Shown piece by piece: positions 47,869-58,726 of a stretch of 64,000 nucleotides of DNA. The stretch covers positions 608,001 to 672,000 of the forward strand of contig OZ241877.1 of NCBI GenBank assembly GCA_965203095.1, written 5' to 3'. Below the pieces are notes generated by a model. That model made no database searches. It worked only from the letters and a program-made list of their open reading frames with translations, and was not told the DNA's origin. The position numbers were made by a program, and so were the translations under genes. This DNA comes from Bdellovibrionales bacterium (GTDB lineage: Bacteria; Bdellovibrionota; Bdellovibrionia; Bdellovibrionales; UBA1609). Position 1 is the first letter of the stretch, and every line of letters begins with the position of its first letter.

Positions 47869-48028
47869 TTTATTTTTATAATGTCTTTGTAAAGATATGT
47901 CTACAAAATCCTTTGGCTTTTTGGAGTTTTCTCACAGAAAATCATAAAAGCACTAAACAGTGGCCCGTGAAAAACCTCTATAATTCAAAGGGGATTTTTC
48001 AGTTTCTTTGCCTAAAGGCCGTCTTTCC

Positions 48029-48787
48029 TTATTGCTGAGAGAGGTTTTTTATTATTCTCCAGCTCTCATCCTTTGAACATTGTAAAGCTATATAACATTC
48101 CAAACAAAAATTATCCTGCTCAGCGATCTTCAAAGGGAGATTATCAAAAATGTCGTCAATACAAAGTTGAGCTGAATCATAGTTTTCCGCATTCACAACA
48201 ATTCCTTTTTCCTCATTAGTAATTCTATAAGAGGAATGGCTAACAAGCTCCATAAGCATAGTTTCCACTTCTTCTGGATAATTCCAACGAATATAGTCCC
48301 AAGGGCTGGCCCCATATACATCCAATATATCTAAATCCGCTCCGGCCTCCACTAACATTGTAATAATTGAGACATCCACCTCAAACATTAAAGCTTTGTG
48401 CAAAGGGCTTTCACCGTCTTTATTCAAAACATTTACACTTGCCCCTGCATCCAATAAAAGTTGAGTCATCTTAAAGCTGTTATGGCTAAAAACAGATAAA
48501 TGCAAAGGAGTATCACCTTTACTATTCTGAGCGTTCACATTCGCACCTTCTGACAGCAAAAATTGAGCCACATTGGGATCAATATTGAATCTAACTGCCC
48601 CGTGCAAAGCGGTCCCTATGTCACCTCTGAAGTTTATGTCAGCACCTTCAGCCAATACCTCTTGCACCTCCTCTACAGTCCCCAACTGAGATAAATTCAG
48701 AAGAGCTGTTCCCAACTCGTTGGGAGTCCTATCGGAAAAAGCCATAAAAGGACCTGCAAATAACACAATAGCTAATAAAATCCTCAT
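48029..48787 (-). CDS. Secreted ankyrin-repeat protein
   Basis: TALH, GDTPLH and GESPLH ankyrin units. The true start MRILLAIV follows AAGGAGG; the longer ORF start lies inside the palindromic repeat. Confidence 0.88.
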   Translation of the reverse strand: MRILLAIVLFAGPFMAFSDRTPNELGTALLNLSQLGTVEEVQEVLAEGADINFRGDIGTALHGAVRFNIDPNVAQFLLSEGANVNAQNSKGDTPLHLSVFSHNSFKMTQLLLDAGASVNVLNKDGESPLHKALMFEVDVSIITMLVEAGADLDILDVYGASPWDYIRWNYPEEVETMLMELVSHSSYRITNEEKGIVVNAENYDSAQLCIDDIFDNLPLKIAEQDNFCLECYIALQCSKDESWRIIKNLSQQ

Positions 48788-48799
48788 AACAACCTCCTT

Positions 48800-48825
48800 A
48801 TCATTCCCGTGAAAACGGGAATCCA
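48800..48825. repeat. dRS3/REP-like palindrome (copy 2)
   Basis: tcATTCCCgtgaaaacGGGAATcca. Confidence 0.75.
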
Positions 48826-48915
48826 AAATTATTTGTCTGTTTTATAACTTACATTTCCTTAAAAATCAATTTTTTTTCTAAAAAGTGAAAATTTTACAAA
48901 AGACAAAGAATATAA

Positions 48916-49005
48916 TGGCGGAGAGGGAGGGATTCGAACCCCCGAGACCTGTGAAGGTCTGCCGATTTTCAAGACCGGTGCAATCAACCGCTCTGCCACC
49001 TCTCC
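48916..49005 (-). tRNA. tRNA-Ser (TGA)
   Basis: Reverse complement GGAGAGGTGGCAGAGCGG...CTTGAAA...long variable arm...GGTTCGAATCC...CTCCGCCA. Confidence 0.96.
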
Positions 49006-49093
49006 AAAAAAAATCTTTTTTATTAACTTCCTGCTTTTAAACTCAAAATAAACTTTGTCCTACCACTTCTCAAAAAAAAATTCTGTTAAAAAT

Positions 49094-49351
49094 TTAAGCC
49101 ATAACTATTACCGTATAAAATTTCAGAGAGACAAGCAAAAAAGCTAAACATATATCTAAAACTAAAAGGCGGGGCCACTTCCAACCCTTTACAAACTGCA
49201 AAAAAGCCCAACTGATAGAAATCATCAAAAAAACAAAAGAAAACAAGCCAAAAGCCAAAAACTCCTGCCCGATAAGAGTCAAAATATAAGCGACACAAAG
49301 GGCAGAGCCAAGCTTAAGTATCGATAAAGCTATTTTTTTTATAGACTTCAA
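49094..49351 (-). CDS. Small membrane protein
   Basis: Three hydrophobic segments; abuts the TPR gene. Confidence 0.6.
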   Translation of the reverse strand: MKSIKKIALSILKLGSALCVAYILTLIGQEFLAFGLFSFVFLMISISWAFLQFVKGWKWPRLLVLDICLAFLLVSLKFYTVIVMA

Positions 49352-52306
49352 TCACTCCCCCTTCCCTGTATTGGACAAGTTTCGCTTTTCCTTAATCAAC
49401 CGTTCTATCCGGCTCTCAATTTCTTTTCTATCATCAGCTCCTGGCCGAAGATTAAAATATTCAGAATAGTAAGACCTCGCTTTGTAATATTGATCTTTGA
49501 TTTCATAAATAATACCTATTTCCTTATAAAGTTCCGGATGGCCGGAAAGTTCCTCTGTCCGAACCAACTGCTCTGCCAGTTGTAAAGCCGAATCCAAATC
49601 CCCTGCACCTTTATAACACTCAATAAGCCCAATGGAAATATCAATATTATTTCTAAAATATTTTGCGGCTTTTTGATACTCCTTTACACAAAGTTTATAA
49701 ATGGCCTGTTTTTCGACAAGATCACTAAAAGCTCCTTTGGATTTTAACCTGTAAATATCACCGGCCAGTTGATAGGGGAGAAAATTATTAGGAGTTTTAG
49801 CCGACTGAACTTTAGCAAACTTTAAAGCTTTTTTTAAATTATCTGCACCTTGTTGATGAAAATTAGCCAAACCTATATAATAATGAATGAGCGGATAATT
49901 GGAGTTGATTTGTAAAATTTTTTCAAATTCAGCTTCTGCCTGTTTATAATTCTCATGTTGCAGGTGAGCTTGTCCAACATAAAACACAGGCTCAGGATCT
50001 GATATATCCAATAAAGAAGCCTCTAAAAAATATCTTAAAGCTTGTTGATACTTCTCCCCTTGTTTTCCTTCTTTATAGGCTAAATAATCGTAAATTCTTC
50101 CCAAATAAATATAGGCCGGTTTGAACTTAGGATCTTTTTCAATAATACCAGAAAATTGATCCAAAGCCATATCATACATTCCTTTTTCAAAATAATATTC
50201 TCCTAAAGCTTGAGGATATTCCATCATCATCTCAAAACCATCAATTAATTTTTTAAACTGTTTTATTGCATGGCTGGAACCAAAAGCCAAATCCAAAGCA
50301 TACGCATAAGCTATTTGTGCTGAAATACTGTTCATATCATTTTGCACAGCCTTTTCCGCATAGCTAAAGGATTTATGAGCCTGCCCCAAAACACGATAAG
50401 CCCGGCTCAACAAAACATAAAGATCTATGTCTGAAGTGTAAAACTTCAAAGCCCTTTCAGCATAAGCAACAGCTGATGAGTATTCTTTTTTATGAAAATA
50501 CAAAAAAGCATAAGCTTTAAAAAGATCATAATTGCTGGGTTTTTGGCTTTTAACAGCTTTTAAAATTTCTTTAGCATTTTCAAAGTCATACAGTTCAGCA
50601 AGATATCTGGAGAGCAAAAAATAAGCCTCTAAAAACTGACCGTCAACATTGATGGCTCGTTTAAGCCAACGAATGGCCTGACCAAAAGCTCCGGCCAGCC
50701 AATAGCATTGAGCCAACTTAAAAGCGGCTTGAGCATTCTTTTTCCCGCCAACATTATAAGCTTTTTTAAAGTATTTTTTAGCTGAAGAGCAGTCCCCCTG
50801 ATCAACAAGCATATCCCCTTTATAAATTAAACTTGTGGGGTTAAGCTCTTCTTCAATAGAATCACTCTTTTCCCCAAGTTGGGATTTTAAAAGGTTAACA
50901 TTGGAATTTTCAGGATCCAAAGTGTAAGCCAAATTGGCATATTTTAAAGCCTCTACCTTATTAGCCCGTTTGATATAAATGTTAGCTAAAGCAAGATAAG
51001 CCTCTATTAAAATATCTGGCGGGACAAAATAATTTAAACGAACTAATAAAGACCTAAGTCTCTTTTCACTATTTCCAAATTTTTTAAGGATTTTGTATTC
51101 CAAGATTCCCATTCTCAAATTGGCCATATCATGACCTGGGAAAATATCCAGAACTTTTTGGTATGATTTTATAGCTAAATCATATTTACGATGTTCATAA
51201 AATATTTTCCCGGACAATAAATAAGGAGCTGTCCATTTTGGTTTTGTTTTATTTATACTTCGAATAAACCCTCCCGCCGGTGCTGTTTTGTTAAGAGCCT
51301 TAAGTGCCTGAGCCTTCATATAATAAAAATAAAAATAAAAAGGAGGAGGTTTATCCCCCATGGGGTTTAAAATACTATCAGTGATCATTAAAGACTGTGC
51401 CGGAGCTTTATTTATAAAAGCTTGAACCGATCGGCATATTGCCGAAAAAAAACCTCCTGAATCATATTCATTGGCCATTTCAATAGTCTTTTTAATAGCG
51501 TTCTTATCCCTCCTATCCTGATGTGAAAAAGGCCAAAGCTCTAAATAAGTAAGACAAAGGTAAAGATAAATTCCTTTCTCTTCTGGATGACTTTCCAACA
51601 ATCTAATATAATGTGTCTGAGATTTTAGATAGTTGGGAACGCCCCCTTTTAAAAACAAAGCCAAAGCTGTTTTTAGCTTGGCCTTTTTCTCAGACGGCGA
51701 CAAAGGCTCTCTTATTTGATCAACAGAAAATAAATGAACGGGGCCTTTTTCTGGCTGATGTTGTGTGTCCTGAACAAAAAAAATCACAGCACATACTACT
51801 AAAAAGAGAGTTAAGAAAGCCAAAAGAGGGACTTTAAAAGATTGTTTAAGTTTATCAAAAAAACCTTCCTGAATATCCTCCATTTCAATAATCTCACTGA
51901 CTCCCTCTTCTTCTAAAACGCTTTTTTTAAATTCTTTAGATAACTTTATTTTGATTTTTTTATCCTGAAAGTTTTTAGAAGATTCACTGCCTGATTGGGT
52001 ATTGATAACGCGAGTAGGCTCTATCAGCTCTTCTTTAGAGATGGACTCATCTAAGGACTCTTGTCCGCTTGTTGATTTTTTAGAAGAAGAGTGGCCAGAA
52101 TCACTTTTACTATGAAGAGAAGATAAAATCTTTTTATAAAAAACAGGATGAGTGGATAAAGGCTTCCATCTCCCAGAGGGATAAGAGGAAAAAAACTCTT
52201 CCCCTTTAAACTCTTTTTCCTCAATATAAAAACAAACTTCCCCTTCAGTATAAGGGCCAAAAATTCTGCCTTTTTTATCTTTTATTAACCAAAGCTTATC
52301 TTCCAT
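49352..52306 (-). CDS. Membrane-anchored TPR protein with N-terminal GYF_2-like domain
   Basis: W......IFGPY...V motif, one TM helix and many TPR units; AGGAGG SD before ATG 52306. Confidence 0.8.
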   Translation of the reverse strand: MEDKLWLIKDKKGRIFGPYTEGEVCFYIEEKEFKGEEFFSSYPSGRWKPLSTHPVFYKKILSSLHSKSDSGHSSSKKSTSGQESLDESISKEELIEPTRVINTQSGSESSKNFQDKKIKIKLSKEFKKSVLEEEGVSEIIEMEDIQEGFFDKLKQSFKVPLLAFLTLFLVVCAVIFFVQDTQHQPEKGPVHLFSVDQIREPLSPSEKKAKLKTALALFLKGGVPNYLKSQTHYIRLLESHPEEKGIYLYLCLTYLELWPFSHQDRRDKNAIKKTIEMANEYDSGGFFSAICRSVQAFINKAPAQSLMITDSILNPMGDKPPPFYFYFYYMKAQALKALNKTAPAGGFIRSINKTKPKWTAPYLLSGKIFYEHRKYDLAIKSYQKVLDIFPGHDMANLRMGILEYKILKKFGNSEKRLRSLLVRLNYFVPPDILIEAYLALANIYIKRANKVEALKYANLAYTLDPENSNVNLLKSQLGEKSDSIEEELNPTSLIYKGDMLVDQGDCSSAKKYFKKAYNVGGKKNAQAAFKLAQCYWLAGAFGQAIRWLKRAINVDGQFLEAYFLLSRYLAELYDFENAKEILKAVKSQKPSNYDLFKAYAFLYFHKKEYSSAVAYAERALKFYTSDIDLYVLLSRAYRVLGQAHKSFSYAEKAVQNDMNSISAQIAYAYALDLAFGSSHAIKQFKKLIDGFEMMMEYPQALGEYYFEKGMYDMALDQFSGIIEKDPKFKPAYIYLGRIYDYLAYKEGKQGEKYQQALRYFLEASLLDISDPEPVFYVGQAHLQHENYKQAEAEFEKILQINSNYPLIHYYIGLANFHQQGADNLKKALKFAKVQSAKTPNNFLPYQLAGDIYRLKSKGAFSDLVEKQAIYKLCVKEYQKAAKYFRNNIDISIGLIECYKGAGDLDSALQLAEQLVRTEELSGHPELYKEIGIIYEIKDQYYKARSYYSEYFNLRPGADDRKEIESRIERLIKEKRNLSNTGKGE

Positions 52307-52422
52307 AACACTAACCTCCTGCCCATCGCACAAAAGGCTCTCTTAAGAAAAGTGTCCCAATTATTTAAAATCGCAGGGACAAAAGTATTTTAATCACAAA
52401 AAGCCATAATGAAAAGGTCTTT

Positions 52423-53718
52423 TTAAAAACCATTGCCTCCATCATAAAGCTCAACATTTGCAGAAAGGGATTTGAGCTTTAAATAAAAGCTTTCATAGCC
52501 TCTTTCAATATGATGAAGACCTGAGATCCGGCTTTCCCCCTCAGCCAACAGGCCAGCTAAGGCCAAGCCGGCTCCAGCTCTTAGATCTGTGGCCCTCATA
52601 TCATGCCCTTTCAAAACCACTGGCCCCTGGACAAAAGCCTTGCGACCTTTAACTGAAATACAACTTCCTAAAAGATTAAGTTGCTCCACATAACGGAATC
52701 GGTTTTCAAAAACAGTTTCCTCTAAAGAGGAAACTCCCTTAAGCTGAGTCATTAAAGCCATAAGTTGAGACTGCAAATCTGTTGGAAAGTCAGGATAAAC
52801 CCCTGTTTGAACACTCATAGCCGGATGATTTCTTCCATTTTTTTTTAAAAATATCTCTGAAGGGCTTGTTTTTATGACAAATCCCACAGCTTTTAATTTT
52901 TCCAAAAGAGAGGTCATAAGCTCTGGCCGGCAAGACTTTATTAAAAGCTCTCCCTTTGTGCAGGCTCCGGCAATCAACCAAGTGCCAGCCTCAATGCGAT
53001 CGGGCACAATTTTATAAGGCCGACCACAAGATTTTAACTCAGGAGTGCCGGTGATTTTTAATTCCCTCAAAGCTTTTTTTTCAATTTGAGCACCCAGGCT
53101 TTTTAGATAATTTATAAGCTCTAAAATTTCCGGCTCACAGGCTATGTTTTTAAGATAGCTTGTCCCTTCAGCTAAGGTGCTGGCCATGATCAAATTTTCT
53201 GTCGCTCCCACACTGGGGAATTTAAGTTTTATTTCACCAGCTTTTAACTTTTTAGGAGCTGAGGCATGAATTATCCCTTCTTCCACTACAATTTTTGCCC
53301 CCATAAGCCTTAGCCCTCGCAAGTGAATATCTATAGGTCGAGAACCAATATCACAACCTCCAGGGAGAGGGAGTTTCACTTGGCCAAACCTTGCCAACAA
53401 AGGTCCTAAACACAAAATGCCAGCACGAAAAGATTGAGCACTTTCCGGACAAGGGCTTTCCCCCACATAGCCTTCATTTTTAAGTCTCACTTTGCCGGAA
53501 CTGCTTTCATAAACTAAACCCAAAGAGGAGAGCATTTTTAAAGCTGATTGAACATCTTTTAATTTAGGGACATTGTGAAACTCATGCTCTCCATTAGCTA
53601 AAAGGCTGGCAAATAAAAGAGGGAGGGCAGAATTTTTTGCACCTGAGACACAAACCTCTCCTTGGAGAGGCAAGCCTCCGCGAATTTTGAGATAATGTTG
53701 TGGGCGATGGGTTTTCAC
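52423..53718 (-). CDS. murA: UDP-N-acetylglucosamine 1-carboxyvinyltransferase
   Basis: Motifs SGAKNSALP, LPGGCDIGSRP, SVGATEN, PDRIEAGT, FPTDLQ and DLRAGA. Confidence 0.96.
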   Translation of the reverse strand: MKTHRPQHYLKIRGGLPLQGEVCVSGAKNSALPLLFASLLANGEHEFHNVPKLKDVQSALKMLSSLGLVYESSSGKVRLKNEGYVGESPCPESAQSFRAGILCLGPLLARFGQVKLPLPGGCDIGSRPIDIHLRGLRLMGAKIVVEEGIIHASAPKKLKAGEIKLKFPSVGATENLIMASTLAEGTSYLKNIACEPEILELINYLKSLGAQIEKKALRELKITGTPELKSCGRPYKIVPDRIEAGTWLIAGACTKGELLIKSCRPELMTSLLEKLKAVGFVIKTSPSEIFLKKNGRNHPAMSVQTGVYPDFPTDLQSQLMALMTQLKGVSSLEETVFENRFRYVEQLNLLGSCISVKGRKAFVQGPVVLKGHDMRATDLRAGAGLALAGLLAEGESRISGLHHIERGYESFYLKLKSLSANVELYDGGNGF

Positions 53719-54584
53719 TATGTGTTTCCCTTTTTAAAAGTAATAGCTATGCGAGGACGGCCTAACATATCTTTATGTATTTTATAAAAGCTCAGCTGTT
53801 TTTCCCGGCTCAAAAATTTTTTTACTGGCTCTAACTGATTCCCTCCCAATTCAAAAATATAAATCCCTCCGGGAGTCAAAAGCTGAATAGCTTTTTTAAA
53901 CCAAGAGATAATATGCCCCATCCCTCCTTGGTCAGAAAAGATCGCCAAAGGAGGATCAAAAAAAAACACTTCATCACTCAAACTCTTATCCTGGGGATCA
54001 ACATAAGGGGGATTGGCCACTATAAGAGAGGGGGCTTGCCCTAAAAAGGCAATTAAATCTTTTTTTTGTAAACAAGAAACATCTTTTTTCAAAATTTTTA
54101 ACCTCTGATGGAGTTTCATGGTTTGGCTGTTTTTTTTCAAGCAGAAGATCGCCTTAGAGCTTATCTCCACTGCTACAAATTGGCTATTGGCTAAGCTGGA
54201 CAAAATGGACAAGCACAAAGTGCCAGAACCTGCCCCTAAGTCCACCGCTTTTAAATTGTTATCTGAAATATTGTTTAAAACCCATTTTACAAGAGTCTCT
54301 GTCTCTTGACGCGGGATAAACACTCCCGGCTCAACAAAAAATTTCTGATTTAAAAAAAACTTTTCCTGCAAAATATGCTCTAAAGGTTCTTTTTGTTTCC
54401 TCCTTTGAATTTTATCCCAAAAAAAAGTTTCATTATTTTTTGTCACCTCATCAGTTTTAAGATATATCTCAGTGGCAGAACATTGTAAAACCTCGGAAAG
54501 TATCCAAAGGCTTTCCTGATAAGGATTAACTGCAACCTCTTGAAGTTGCTTTCGAGCTTTTTGAAGGAGATCTAAAGTTTTCAT
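53718..54584 (-). CDS. prmC: Release factor glutamine methyltransferase
   Basis: Motifs VFIPRQETE, DLGAGSG and NPPY; downstream of prfA. Confidence 0.92.
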   Translation of the reverse strand: MKTLDLLQKARKQLQEVAVNPYQESLWILSEVLQCSATEIYLKTDEVTKNNETFFWDKIQRRKQKEPLEHILQEKFFLNQKFFVEPGVFIPRQETETLVKWVLNNISDNNLKAVDLGAGSGTLCLSILSSLANSQFVAVEISSKAIFCLKKNSQTMKLHQRLKILKKDVSCLQKKDLIAFLGQAPSLIVANPPYVDPQDKSLSDEVFFFDPPLAIFSDQGGMGHIISWFKKAIQLLTPGGIYIFELGGNQLEPVKKFLSREKQLSFYKIHKDMLGRPRIAITFKKGNT

Positions 54585-55639
54585 TTTAACTCTAAGCTTT
54601 GATAATACTGCCTTAAGGCAGAAAACAGATCAGACAGATCCCCCCCCATAATAGCAGAAAGATTCTTTTTCGTAAAAGGAATGCGATGATCTGTCAGGCG
54701 AGATTGAGGGAAGTTGTAAGTTCGTATCCTTTGGGATCTGTCTCCTGTCCCTATTTGGCTTTGCCGTTTTTGGGATTCCTCTTTTTTCTTTTTTTCTGTT
54801 TGCAAGTCTAACAATCGGGCGTAAAGTATTTTCATGGCCTTTTCTTTATTGGCATGTTGAGATTTTTCCTGCTGGCAATACACCGTGATTTTTGTTGGAA
54901 GATGAACCACCCGAATAGCCGAGTCAGTGGTGTTGACATGTTGCCCGCCAGAACCACTGGATTTACAAGAGTCTATCCGCAAGTCTGAAGGATTGATTTG
55001 AACATGAATAGGGTCGGCCTCTGGCAAAACAACCACTGTGACTGTGGAAGTGTGGAGTCGCCCTTGGGATTCTGTTTTAGGCACCCTTTGCACCCGGTGA
55101 ACTCCTGATTCATATTTTAAAACACTATAAACTTCGTTCCCGATAATGTGGGCGATAACCTCCTTATAACCTCCAAGATTGCCTTCAGAGATAGAGATAA
55201 TGTCTATTTTCCAAGACTGAGACTCCGCATAAGAGCTGTAAGCCGAAAAAAGCTCTTGAGCAAAAAGGCTGGCTTCATCCCCACCGGCACCGGCACGAAT
55301 TTCTAAAATAATGTTTTTTTTATCATTAGGGTCTTTTGGCAAAAGATGAATTTTAATCTCCTCTTCCTTTTCTGCCAATTTTTGAGAAAGATTTTGAATC
55401 TCCTGTTTAGCCAGTGATAAAAGCTCAGGATCTTTTTCCTTTTTTAAAATAGATTTGCTGGCTTGTATTTGCCTCTCTATATTCTCGCATTGGCAAATCA
55501 ACTGGTAAACTTTCTCTCTACCGCTTAACTCCCGGCCCCAATCAGACAGAATTTTAGGATTTTTCGCGTTTTTTGGATCATTGAGCTTTTCTTTGATTTG
55601 TAAATACTCTTGTTTGAGTTGTGCAAAATGTTTTTTCAT
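54581..55639 (-). CDS. prfA: Peptide chain release factor 1
   Basis: Motifs EIRAGAGGDEA, PKT anticodon-mimic, GGQHVN and RIRTYNFPQ. Confidence 0.97.
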   Translation of the reverse strand: MKKHFAQLKQEYLQIKEKLNDPKNAKNPKILSDWGRELSGREKVYQLICQCENIERQIQASKSILKKEKDPELLSLAKQEIQNLSQKLAEKEEEIKIHLLPKDPNDKKNIILEIRAGAGGDEASLFAQELFSAYSSYAESQSWKIDIISISEGNLGGYKEVIAHIIGNEVYSVLKYESGVHRVQRVPKTESQGRLHTSTVTVVVLPEADPIHVQINPSDLRIDSCKSSGSGGQHVNTTDSAIRVVHLPTKITVYCQQEKSQHANKEKAMKILYARLLDLQTEKKKKEESQKRQSQIGTGDRSQRIRTYNFPQSRLTDHRIPFTKKNLSAIMGGDLSDLFSALRQYYQSLELK

Positions 55640-55711
55640 AAAAACCTCTGTTCATCTTAAGGACAAGGCCCCAGTGCAGGAAATAAAATTAAGAAAAAGA
55701 TTTTAAAGAGG

Positions 55712-57166
55712 CTAACTGCTCATGTTGTCAAGAAAAGCTTGATTCGTTTTGGATGCCTTGAGCTTGTCAAGTAAAAACTCTAAACTGTCAACTACTCCCA
55801 TTGGAGCCAAAACTTTTCTTAAAACAAATAGACGATCCATCTCTTTTTTAGCGGTTAGCAGTTCTTCTTTCCGTGTTCCGGATTTGTTGATGTCCATACA
55901 AGGGTAAATTCGCTTTTCCATAGGTTTTCTGTCCAAATGGATTTCAGAGTTCCCCGTCCCTTTAAACTCCTCAAAAATCACTTCATCCATACGGGAGCCA
56001 GTATCTACTAAAGCTGTAGCCACAATGGTCAAACTGCCCCCTTCCTCAATGTTCCGGGCGGCACCAAAAAATCTTTTAGGCTTATGTAAGGCATTGGAGT
56101 CCACCCCTCCAGAAAGGATTTTTCCCGATGGGGGGATGACAGTATTATAAGCTCTGGCCAAACGGGTAATGGAATCTAAAAGCACCACCACATCGTATTT
56201 ATTTTCCACCAACCTTTTAGCCTTTTCAATCACCATTTCGGCCACTTGAACATGCCTTTGTGGAGGCTCGTCAAAGGTAGAAGATACCACTTCCCCCTTA
56301 ACATGCCGGGACATATCGGTCACTTCCTCCGGCCGTTCATCAATAAGCAAAACAATTAAAACCACTTCGGGATGATTTGCGGAAATGGCATTGGCAATAC
56401 TTTGCAAAAGCATGGTTTTCCCTGTGCGAGGCGGAGCCACAATTAAAGCCCTTTGCCCTTTGCCTAATGGAGCCATTAGATCCACCACTCGAGTAGTTAA
56501 CTCTTTAGGCTGAAATTCTAAACGAAAACGATCTTGAGGATATAAGGGAGTTAAATTGTCAAAAAGATTTTTATCTCGGCTCTTTTCTGGTGGATTAAAA
56601 TTTAACTGCTCAATTTTTAAAAGAGCAAAATACCTCTCCCCTTCTTTAGGAGAGCGAATGGTCCCACTAATGCTGTCTCCACTTTTTAAGCCCCATCTCC
56701 TGATTTGAGAAGGACTAACATAAATATCATCCACAGAGGGCAAATAATTGTAATCCGGAGAGCGAAGGAAGCCATAGCCCTCAGATAAAACCTCTAAAAC
56801 CCCGTTGCCTAAAATATCCCCTAACTGGCCGGCCCTTTTTAAAATTTCAAAAACCATGTCCTGCCGTTTCATCCCGCCGGGACTTTCTATTTTTAGTTTG
56901 TGGGCCAATTTTGTAAGGGAATGAATGTCTTTTGATTTGAGGTTTTTTAGATCTAACTCCTTTTTTTCCTCCTCTGTCAATTTAATACTGGACAGATCCA
57001 CAGGGGGAGAAGGCTCTCGGTAAGCGGATTCCCCTCCGGGGCCATTTCGTGTATTGCCACGAAGACCATACCGTGCTCTTTTCCCGCCATTCCGGCTATA
57101 GGAATGAGGTTTTTCACGGCTCGGAGCAGGTGCTCCAGAAGGAAAAGGAGGTTTGTCTTTTTCCAT
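55712..57166 (-). CDS. rho: Transcription termination factor Rho
   Basis: Motifs [33 protein letters not shown] and FEEFKGTGN. Confidence 0.98.
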   Translation of the reverse strand: MEKDKPPFPSGAPAPSREKPHSYSRNGGKRARYGLRGNTRNGPGGESAYREPSPPVDLSSIKLTEEEKKELDLKNLKSKDIHSLTKLAHKLKIESPGGMKRQDMVFEILKRAGQLGDILGNGVLEVLSEGYGFLRSPDYNYLPSVDDIYVSPSQIRRWGLKSGDSISGTIRSPKEGERYFALLKIEQLNFNPPEKSRDKNLFDNLTPLYPQDRFRLEFQPKELTTRVVDLMAPLGKGQRALIVAPPRTGKTMLLQSIANAISANHPEVVLIVLLIDERPEEVTDMSRHVKGEVVSSTFDEPPQRHVQVAEMVIEKAKRLVENKYDVVVLLDSITRLARAYNTVIPPSGKILSGGVDSNALHKPKRFFGAARNIEEGGSLTIVATALVDTGSRMDEVIFEEFKGTGNSEIHLDRKPMEKRIYPCMDINKSGTRKEELLTAKKEMDRLFVLRKVLAPMGVVDSLEFLLDKLKASKTNQAFLDNMSS

Positions 57167-57301
57167 AATAGATAGACGCTTCTGAAATAAAATTGGTGGT
57201 TTTACCTTTGAAGACTACCCAACAACTTAATTAAAAAAATTGACTTTGTCAAATAAAAAAATCAATAAAATAAATTTTTTTATATTTGACGAAAATATTA
57301 C

Positions 57302-58546
57302 TTATACCTCAATATTTGTTGCCGTATAATCAAAATCCCTCTGCCTTCGTTTTTTAAGAATTAAGCGGATAATCAAAATCAGCACAACAACTATGCCGAT
57401 CAAGGCCACAAGCAACTCTTTTTGACCTAAAATAGCTTGAAAAAGCCCAGGTTTTTTGTCTTTTTCCGGAGAAACTAACTTATCACCGGGGGGCAAAGGG
57501 GGGAAATCGTCTTTCAATTCAGGAGAAGGAGGCTCTAAATTTTCCAAATTTTCATCCGTTCCGGCTGGAGGCAAAGAAGAAACTGATTTTTCCTCCTCCA
57601 CTGCGGTTTCTTTTTTATCCTCCACAGGGGGGGCTTTAGCCACCGTTTCCTTTGGCCAATATATAATATTTACACTTTCTGTAATGTCCCCCTTGGATTT
57701 CAGGTTGGGATTGGTCGCCCAAATCTCTTTCCAGCTGTTAGGATGGCCTAAAAGCTGAGCAGACACTTTTCGAATATTATCCCCAGGAGAGAGGCTATGG
57801 ACAGAGCTGGAGGCATTGATATCTTGATAGTAAAACAACAACTGCGAGCGATCCTGTGCCCGTGTAGGAGAGTTGTAATAGATTTTATCCCCCACTTTCA
57901 CCGATCGAGATTTCAGCTGAGGGTTGATTTTAGACAAGCTATCTAATTGTGAAGAACCATAGATTTTTTGGCTGATAGACTCTAAAGTGTCATTAGGACG
58001 AGCAATGTAAACCGCATTGACTAAATATCCTGCCTTTTCATACGGAGCTGTAGCTATCTTTTTCAAAGGGATAACAGAGGGTTTAGGAGGTGCTGGAGTT
58101 GAGGGCTGAACAGTAGGGGGGCTTTCTTCCGGTGGGGCTAAAGGGCTTATTTCCTCAGAGGACTCCTCTGATTCTTCTGAAGAAAATTCCTCCTCTTCAG
58201 CATAATCTTCCTCCTCTCCAGTTTCTACAACAAAACCATTATCGCTATCCTCTTCACCATCGAGAGGAAATTCCTCTTCATCTTCATCTGAAGAACTAAA
58301 AATACGGCTAAAAAAGCCTATTAAGCCACCCGATTCCTCTTCTTCTCCTTCAGAAAAATCCTCCTCATCTTCCTCCTCTTCCACAAGCAGTTCTTCTTCA
58401 TCCTCTACAAGCTCTGGATCCTCATCCATTTCCTCTTCGTCATAAAGATCCTCTTGTGCCGAATCCTCTTTTCCCCCAAGAAAAGCACATGAGGATAAAG
58501 AGACAGAAAGCAATGATAAAAAAAAGAAAAAAATAAGCTGTTTCAC
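57302..58546 (-). CDS. LysM-domain lipoprotein with acidic region and C-terminal TM helix
   Basis: Lipobox LSSC, an E/D-rich tract, and two LysM-like units (Y...PNDTL..IS.KIYG; GDNI..VS..LLG...W.EIW..NP). Confidence 0.75.
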   Translation of the reverse strand: MKQLIFFFFLSLLSVSLSSCAFLGGKEDSAQEDLYDEEEMDEDPELVEDEEELLVEEEEDEEDFSEGEEEESGGLIGFFSRIFSSSDEDEEEFPLDGEEDSDNGFVVETGEEEDYAEEEEFSSEESEESSEEISPLAPPEESPPTVQPSTPAPPKPSVIPLKKIATAPYEKAGYLVNAVYIARPNDTLESISQKIYGSSQLDSLSKINPQLKSRSVKVGDKIYYNSPTRAQDRSQLLFYYQDINASSSVHSLSPGDNIRKVSAQLLGHPNSWKEIWATNPNLKSKGDITESVNIIYWPKETVAKAPPVEDKKETAVEEEKSVSSLPPAGTDENLENLEPPSPELKDDFPPLPPGDKLVSPEKDKKPGLFQAILGQKELLVALIGIVVVLILIIRLILKKRRQRDFDYTATNIEV

Positions 58547-58726
58547 AGCAAAACTTCCCTGTTGATTCCAATCTAAATCAAAAACAAGACTGAAGGGAAG
58601 TGGAAAGAATCTATATTCAGACCATAGTCCTAATTTTAATTTGAAAATTTTTTGTTTGAATCAATAAATAGTCAATCCTGAAAGACAAAGTATTCTCCCG
58701 CTTAAGGCAAGAACCAAAAAATTGTC

